DNA of 63,694 nucleotides, counting the filler, from Chrysochromulina tobinii (lineage: Eukaryota): NCBI GenBank assembly GCA_001275005.1. It is 5 parts of 5 records of this genome, joined end to end, with 100 filler letters (N's around TTAATTAATTAA, not from the genome) between each part and the next. Parts side by side here need not be neighbours in the genome. Positions count along the whole stretch, not along the records: positions 42,185 to 61,827 come from JWZX01000324.1; positions 61,928 to 63,694 come from JWZX01000329.1; 3 more parts are not named here. One strand, given 5' to 3'. A program made the position numbers and the translations under genes. The notes beneath the pieces are model-generated. The model was not told the origin of the DNA. It saw only the letters and a list, made by a program, of their open reading frames with translations, and made no database searches. This document shows, piece by piece, positions 56,784 through 63,694 of the stretch. Within the stretch, counting starts at the first letter, position 1. The number at the start of each line of letters is the position of its first letter.

Positions 56784-58053
56784 GGACGAGAAGGGCATCT
56801 CACGGGTGGCTACTGGCGGCGGTGATGCACCTCGCCGCCGCCGCCCCACAACTCTCGCATGTATTGTGTACTTAGGAAGATTAGCGACGCATGTTTTCCA
56901 TCGTGCATGAGGTTCCTACATGTATGTGTAGGACTCGTACTCAGACTCGTACAGGACCGACGCCGCACCCGGCCCTACCCCCGGACATCCGGGCGCCGTA
57001 TACGTCGGCTCGTGTAGCTATGTTAATTACGCTAAATTTATACCGTATACCGCCGCGCACAAACCCGTTTTCATATTTCAACAATTTTGTTTCGTGATTT
57101 TGGGTAATAATTTTCAACACGGGTCTCGGGTCCGGTGTCCGCTGTCCGGCGTAACCCGCGGTAAAAACTCGTAACTCTAACTGTAACTCCAAACTCGCGT
57201 CGGATTACTCGGTCCTCTACCGCTACCGCGCACATTGCGCACAATTGTACCGCACGAGACCGTTCGGTTGGCCTACCGGCGCGGGTGCGTTGTCCACGGA
57301 CCACGCGGTTCCGTCTTCCGTGTGGCTGCGTCGCGCCGGCGGCCGGCGTGCCCCGGATCGCGAGCTCGCGACCCCTGCGCCCTGGATAAAGCGTCATTAC
57401 ATACATTACTAACATATTACGCGCCCATTAGCCCCCTTAAAGCTTAATACGAACCCGGCCATACCCGCCCGGGTTATAGCTTCAAGCTTGTTTAGATCGG
57501 CGCGGTCCGCGGACCGGCGACCATACACCTGATTCGACCTTCGACCGTCGGCAAGGGTTCACGACTTCAAAAGCTATGAAGCTTCAACATTCTACTTTCA
57601 CCCCGACCCACGGTACACATCGATCATCGTGGCGCCGCACTGGGCGGGTCAGTTCACAGTTGTCCGTGGAGCGGCTCGCGGTGCGACCTCTCAGGCCCCC
57701 GTGAGGCGACGCACCGTCGCGCGCGCTTACGCAAACTTGATGCAAACTTGATGCAAACGCCTCCGTCGGGTCTCGGTCTCGGTCCCGCGAGGGGCTCAAC
57801 GCTGACCAACCCGGTCACGAGCCCAACACGCCTCGCCACAGAGCAACTTGTGTGCACGTGCAATCGGTGCTTGCCCCCCGGCGGCTCTCGCCCCGGGAGC
57901 CAATGTTTGTACTCGGGTCACCCGGCGCCGATAAATACCCTTGCCTTCCGTCCGTGTACCAGCCCAGGCGCCCCGGCGCCTTACGCAGCACCCGCAAGCC
58001 CCCGGTGCAGGGGCGTTGTAGGACCTGCCGTTGGGAGAGGGAGCTAGGCTAGG

Positions 58054-59358
58054 CTAGCTCGTCTGCATCGCGGCAGCGCCCATGCCGTCCCCGTTGCCGT
58101 CAGCAGAGGCGGCAGGGACGGCGACGCGCGCGGCGGCGACTGGGATGGCCGTGGCGGGAGCGGCAAGGGCGACGGCGGGTTGCTGAAGCTGCACAGCGAC
58201 CCAGGGCAGCAGCGGCGGCGCCGTCGACGAGCGACGCTGCTCAAGCGAGATCCGATCTGCGTAGACCTGGTGGCGCATCCGATCGAGCTGTTCACGTTCA
58301 CGCTGAAGAAGAGATTGCATCTCGTCGAGCTGCACCAGCTTGATCTCCATCCGGCGCAGCTGCGTGTCGACGGCGGTCGCGAGCAGCGACACCATCTGGC
58401 CGCTCTCTTCTTGCTCTAGCTGCGCCGCACGCGACTGTACGCTCAGAAGCGCCGCGCGTGCCGCCGCCCGGAGTGACGTTACCGTTGCGTCGACCGTCGC
58501 CGTCGCGTCCACAGCCGCCCTGCCCGCTTCGCCCCTCGGCGCGGCGGGCTCAGCGACGGCGCCCACGGCGCCCACGGCCGCCGCGAGCAGCGCGAGCTGG
58601 CATAGCGTCGGGTCAGACGCCGCCGCCGCCACGCTCACGGCGGGATCCGCCGCCGCTGCTCTCGCGGCTTCGGCCGCACGCAACGGCGCGGCTGTCGGCG
58701 GCGGGAGCGCCTCGAGCGCGTACGGCTCCTCAATGGGCAGCGCAAGGAAGTGGCCTATGCACTCTTCGATTGGGCGGCCCACCGCCGTCGCCACCTCGTC
58801 CCATGAGGACCCATCGCCGAGCTGCTCAAGTGCATCGAGCAGCGCCATCGTCTGCTGCGGCGTCCAGTCGCCGCCGCCGCTGGCCATGGATGCGCGCAGC
58901 GGCAAGGAGGTCCCCGTGGCTGGTCTGGCCGATGCTGCCGCCGCTCTCACCGACGCCGCGCTCGGCCCATCGAGCACCACACCGCTGCGTGAGGCGCTCG
59001 CCACCGCCACGTTCGAGGAGGCATTGTAGTTGATCAGACCCCAGTGCTCGAGGAATTGGTGCAGCCGCATGACGGAGCCCACATCGGCGGCGAGGTGCCG
59101 GCGGCATTCCGTCACGCTCAAGTGCAAGCCAGGCTGCTCGCGAAACAGACTGACAATGAGGTTGCGCATGTGCAGGAACGTCTCGGGCGTCTTTGTCAGG
59201 CTGGAGCCATCGAAGAACTCGGGGAGTGAGTGCCGCTCGATCGAAGAAACCGCCTCGTCGCGATACCAGGCCGCAGTGCTCGGCACCACCACCTCCCGCG
59301 CCCTACCGGCTTCTGCCTCCTCTGACGCGCGCGGGCGCTTATTTCCCGTGACAAGCAT
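58054..59358 (-). CDS. SWI3: SWI/SNF subunit SWI3/SMARCC-like (SWIRM + SANT)
   Basis: IER.SLPEFF....KTPE.F..MRN, RLHQFLEHWGLINY, WT.Q.T..LL.ALE, CI.HFL.LPIEEPY, QL..MEIKL. Confidence 0.93.
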   Translation of the reverse strand: MLVTGNKRPRASEEAEAGRAREVVVPSTAAWYRDEAVSSIERHSLPEFFDGSSLTKTPETFLHMRNLIVSLFREQPGLHLSVTECRRHLAADVGSVMRLHQFLEHWGLINYNASSNVAVASASRSGVVLDGPSAASVRAAAASARPATGTSLPLRASMASGGGDWTPQQTMALLDALEQLGDGSSWDEVATAVGRPIEECIGHFLALPIEEPYALEALPPPTAAPLRAAEAARAAAADPAVSVAAAASDPTLCQLALLAAAVGAVGAVAEPAAPRGEAGRAAVDATATVDATVTSLRAAARAALLSVQSRAAQLEQEESGQMVSLLATAVDTQLRRMEIKLVQLDEMQSLLQREREQLDRMRHQVYADRISLEQRRSSTAPPLLPWVAVQLQQPAVALAAPATAIPVAAARVAVPAASADGNGDGMGAAAMQTS

Positions 59359-59412
59359 CGCGTGTCTGCGCTTTTTCCCACAGCCTTCTCAAAACGGCGT
59401 TCCGTTTTTATA

Positions 59413-60205
59413 ATGGGGTGAGCACGCACTTCCGAGCATCGACCGCGCACCACGCGCGACGCGCGACGCCGTTGAACTCTCATGCATTCTGATACGGGTT
59501 TGGTTCTTCGCCTCTCTCGCTCGCAGGTCCAACGAGCGCGACGCTGCCTACCGCGACTGGTGCAAGAAGGATGGCGTGTCGGTTCTGCAGTCGACAGCTG
59601 TCTTCCCGCCACGCTCATCATACCATGCGTCGGGTTCGAAGGACCCCATCCATTTCACGCACCTGAAGCCGGCCACGAGCACGCCCATCCACGTCGCCCC
59701 AGTACCGCATTTGATGAAGACAGACCACATGCGCACCTTCGTGCCAGGACCAGACGTGCAGCCGTTGCGGCGCGACCCAAACAAGTTTGACGCGCTTGGC
59801 CGGACTTACGGCTGGGCGCCGCACAATGCAAACGCGCCGGGCTCGCAGCGCGCCGTCTACGACCCTGTTTCGCACAAGGCGACGATTTACACGTTCGACG
59901 CGCACGGCGGCGTCTCGTGGGTCGAGGGCAATGGCGACAAGTTGATGCGCGAAAAGCAGCAGCGTGACCTCAACCACGGAGATATTGGTCGCTGGGCGGG
60001 CCGAAGGAAGGGCGTCGTGGAGTACGTCGATAAGACGCACGCCTTCTCTGTCAACGACAACAAGCAGTTCCTCGCGTCGTGCGCGGCCAACGAGTTCTGC
60101 TACCACCCCCAGACGGGCGAGATGTCCCAATGGATGGACAACGCATTCAAATCAAAGATGGTCGTGCCCTTCTATGGGAAGCGGCCATACGAGATGAACA
60201 AGTGA
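59413..60205 (+). CDS. Hypothetical protein; 5-nt first coding exon 59413-59417, intron 59418-59526
   Basis: ATGGG|gtgagc..tcgcag|G joins in frame to SNERDAAYRDWCKKDG and the 59576 ORF. Confidence 0.65.
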
Positions 60206-60580
60206 CGGACGTCCGAGAGAAAGGGAGACTGATCTGCGCGAACATGGCGTGTGGGCGGCCGTCCAATAGCGGTCGTCACTCTCCCTCACCAATATGGTCC
60301 CTCACGGTCACGCACCCGCACTGTGAGAGAGAGAACTTTGTAACTTACCGAGCTACCTACACATTGGCAGGACCCCCTGAATTGCGGTGGGGGAATTTAC
60401 AACGTTGGACCGCGATAGTCAGCACAGGTCCTTTCATTCTACAGAATGTTGCGAAAAGGTCAGTTGAACGCAAGAAAAAGTTCTTTTTTTTGCCTGCTTC
60501 TTTGTTTCACGTGGCTTTCACGAGTTCATTCACGGACACCGGCCTTAGCTTGGGAAAATCGTGACCAGGAAAATCGAAGC

Positions 60581-61438
60581 ATGCCGTTCTTCACAGCAGC
60601 GATGCTGCTCTGCTCCGGGCTGCGCGGTGGCCCTTTGCTCACGCGTACCTATCTACGACGGAGCGCTTCGTCCGCTGCTTCTGGCGCACCGACGCCTCGA
60701 CGTCTTCTGCTCACGAGCTCAGGCCTGACGACGCCGCAGCTAGAGGCTTCGTTTCAAAGGATGCTGAAGCGAGCGGCAGACGGCGGCGCAGGCAGTGCAT
60801 CGATAGCCATGCTCGTGACGGCGCAGCTCGCGCCTTCGACCTCTCGTGTGACGCAACGTGACGACGATGGCGGAGCGCTCGTGGTGCAGCCCTCTTCCAA
60901 GCGTTCGCCGGGAGAGCTTCGCCAACGTCGCTGGGCAGATGCTTGCAAAAAGGGGCGTGAGCTGCAGGCACGATTGGGTGTGCCGGTGAAATGCATCGAC
61001 TGCGCGCGGGAGCAGGCACTCAACGATGCACGATCCGCACTGAGCCAAGCGGGATGCATCTGGGTGACCGGAGGCAACACCTTCTTCCTCTGGCATTCCA
61101 TGCGAGCGAGCGGCCTGAGTGAGCTCGTAAGGCAGCGCGTGAACGATGAGGGCGCCCTGTACGTGGGCGCCTCCGCGGGCTCGATCGTGGCCGGCCGGAC
61201 CATCCGCACCGCGCTGTGGAAGGGATGGGATGATCCGGAGGCCGCTGGGCCCGAGGCGGACTGGGAGGCCGACGGCGCGTACGACGCCCTTGGCCTAGTG
61301 GAGGATGTGTCCTTCTTCCCCCACTACGATGCCGCCTCCTGGGGCGGACTCGTGGATAGACAGCGCCGCAGCCTTGGCCATGCGTGCGTGGTGCTCGCTG
61401 ACGATGGCAGCGAGGTGTACGTGGAGGGAGATTCATAG
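60581..61438 (+). CDS. Peptidase E / family S51-like hydrolase
   Basis: LLLTSSGL, IWVTGGNTFFL, YVGASAGS nucleophile motif, FPHY. Confidence 0.88.
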   Translation: MPFFTAAMLLCSGLRGGPLLTRTYLRRSASSAASGAPTPRRLLLTSSGLTTPQLEASFQRMLKRAADGGAGSASIAMLVTAQLAPSTSRVTQRDDDGGALVVQPSSKRSPGELRQRRWADACKKGRELQARLGVPVKCIDCAREQALNDARSALSQAGCIWVTGGNTFFLWHSMRASGLSELVRQRVNDEGALYVGASAGSIVAGRTIRTALWKGWDDPEAAGPEADWEADGAYDALGLVEDVSFFPHYDAASWGGLVDRQRRSLGHACVVLADDGSEVYVEGDS

Positions 61439-61827
61439 CGCGCACGCTTTAGCGTTTCTAGGAGATTCGCACTGCGATAGGGGCCCCGGCGCACCTTGAG
61501 TACGCCTGCTCGTAGGAAACTAACGGCTGAGCCTGTGTGTGTGACAGGGACCGACGCGAACGACTCGGTGCGCGCGCGTGACGGGGGCCGCGGATTCGCC
61601 GTCGCGTCCTAGCGTCCTTTTCGTAATTTCCGATAACAGTTAAGCTTAAAACGCGATCGGCATCCCGGCGCGGGCCGGGTCGCGCCGCGGCGGGCGGGCG
61701 ACGTGTTGCACGCCGGCGTGAAACGAGATCCGACAAAATTTTCGAACTCCCGCAATGCGGGACCCCACTCGACTTTTCTCGCGGCCGCGCCGCGTTCAGA
61801 TGCGTGAGTCCCATTCAAGGTGAGCGT

Positions 61828-61927
61828 NNNNNNNNNNNNNNNNNNNNNNNNNNNNNNNNNNNNNNNNNNNNTTAATTAATTAANNNNNNNNNNNNNNNNN
61901 NNNNNNNNNNNNNNNNNNNNNNNNNNN
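61828..61927. other. Artificial contig spacer
   Basis: N-TTAATTAATTAA-N. Confidence 0.99.
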
Positions 61928-63694
61928 GGAAGACCATCAAGCAGTTCCCTTCCTGGAAGGAGGCTAAAGCTGCCATGAGGAAGGGCACCATAGAGGGCAA
62001 GTGGGAATGGGCATCGCATTCATCTTCTCCCATCACTGGAAAGAGAGCCTACTACAAGTGTGCGGCGCACGTCGCCTGCGAAGTGCGCCTTTGCCTCCAG
62101 GAGCAGGAGGCTGATGACCAGGTGGTGGTGGCGATAGACCTGTCCAAGGAGCACGGTGCAGAGGCACGCACGAAGAAGAGGAAGAACTCGGCCCTCACCT
62201 ATGAACAAGAGGAGAAAGTCAAGCGGCAGCCATCACGTACGCCACGCTTATGTGATACTGATATGATATACTGATACTGATATGATATACAATGATATTG
62301 ATGAATACAATACTGTGACTTGATACAACATGATACAAAATGATACAACATGATACTGATATTCCGTAGGGGCTCCGCACTTGCTGCGTGCTGACTTTTG
62401 CGAGGACGAGGATGGAGGAGACCTCATTGAAGACATGGACATTGCTGGCTTCGAGGGTGTACCTGAGCTGTCACAGGTTCAGGACTACGTCAAGTACCAA
62501 AAGAAGAAAAGTACATGATATGATATGATATGATATGATACCTTTATGATACCCCATGATATGATATGATACAACATGATTGCAGGTGGTATGTATGGCA
62601 TGCTCAACGACGTTCATGATCTGGTCAGCGTAGCGGAGGACATGAAGCTGCCTCATACTCTGGAAGAAGTGATTCCTCGCAAGGCATACATGGTTCCCAT
62701 GAACATGGAGTTGCTCTCCCGCGTTCAGGCCGTGTGCTTCACGGGGCGCACACAGATCAAGTGGCTTTTGCAACTGGCGGAGACGGACTTCAAGTACACC
62801 ATGCACATTGATGGAGTTCACAAGCTGCACCACGGGGAGTGGATTCTCGTCACCATTGGACCACATGCTCTCAACCGGGCAGATGACGGAACCGTACGCA
62901 AAACGAATATGATATTGCAATGATACCTTATGATTTATTATGATACTGCTTGATACCGCTTGATATCATATGAACCTCAGGTGACGCATTCATATCGTCC
63001 GTGCATCTACATGTTCTGCAAGCAAGGAGAGAGCATTGATGGCACTAAGCTCATTTGCTCCGCGTGCGATCACGTAAGCATGCTCTATGCTGGGAAGCCC
63101 CTTTGTCCGGCTGCAGTCAACATGGATTGCAGCGATGCCTTCCGCGCCGGGGTGCTCATGGTTTGGCCAGACTCACGTGCGTGCTGCACTATGACTTAAG
63201 AATGTGTGCTACCCTGTGCTTCTGATGGATGGTTGGCTACCTGCTGCTCCGCACAGGTCCCATCACGTGCTGGCCTCACATCAATAACAAGGTCCTTCGT
63301 GGAGAATACGTGAGGAAGGTGCGTATATCGAGTGATATCACATGATACAACATGATACAACATGATATATATTGATACAATGATGATTCTGTAGCTGATG
63401 ACTCTGCAACTCGATTGGTATCATATGATATCGATCGATATCATATGATATCGTCGTATATCACAGACATCAAAATTCTTCGACACGTTCCTCGGGATGC
63501 TCAAGTCCATCCACATGGCAAACTCGGTTCCCATGAGTGAGATGTTGATCAAGCTGGCAGGCGTTTCAATGGACAAGCACATCACTACTGAACCAAAGCT
63601 TCGTACCTTCTGGAACACATACTGCTGCGACCCTTGGCAGTGCTGGTCACTTGGCCACTGCAATGGCATTCCCAGTCAGATTGCCAACAACCAG
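61928..63694 (+). mobile_element. Mutator-like (MULE) DDE transposase gene, multi-exon, partial at both ends
   Basis: YKC..H..C..RL..H DNA-binding-like motif; MHIDGVHKL, YRP..YMF..ES, VNMDCSDAF, ITCWPHI (CxxH); introns filled with TGATA repeats. Confidence 0.8.

Noticed and set aside
56900..58000. Possible ncRNA or mobile remnant
   Set aside because: Only short palindromes; no tRNA, snRNA or TIR pair supportable by eye
17096..61927. Four identical TTAATTAATTAA motifs
   Set aside because: Artificial contig linkers inside N-runs; no cross-contig gene cluster (for example HORMA with TIR) can be inferred

Overview
GC-rich eukaryotic nuclear DNA with spliceosomal introns and signal-plus-transit-peptide plastid proteins; most likely a haptophyte alga (inference). 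The window is five unrelated contigs (1-17095, 17196-28912, 29013-42084, 42185-61827, 61928-63694) joined by artificial N-TTAATTAATTAA-N spacers, so adjacency across spacers means nothing. About 27 protein genes are readable, including SET/MYND, Rei1/ZNF622, SF3A1, CCB1, a J-protein, a Hop1-like HORMA protein, a GT29 sialyltransferase-like protein, a plastid sigma factor, a RING-H2 ligase, SEN2-like, SWI3 and peptidase E-like proteins, plus a Mutator-type transposase. The strongest unexplained pattern is a set of apparently young introns in three genes on three contigs: each intron 5' end copies the first ~9-28 nt of the downstream exon (supplying the GT/GC donor) and the 3' end is a shared short motif or simple repeat supplying the AG. 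One motif also occurs antisense as frame-preserving 48 and 54 nt inserts. Also notable: a secreted hydrolase-like gene bracketed by direct repeats and a 36-bp hairpin, and two immune-like architectures (SPRY-COR-TIR-CaaX and HET-like-LRR). All family calls are from motif recognition by eye; no database search was run.
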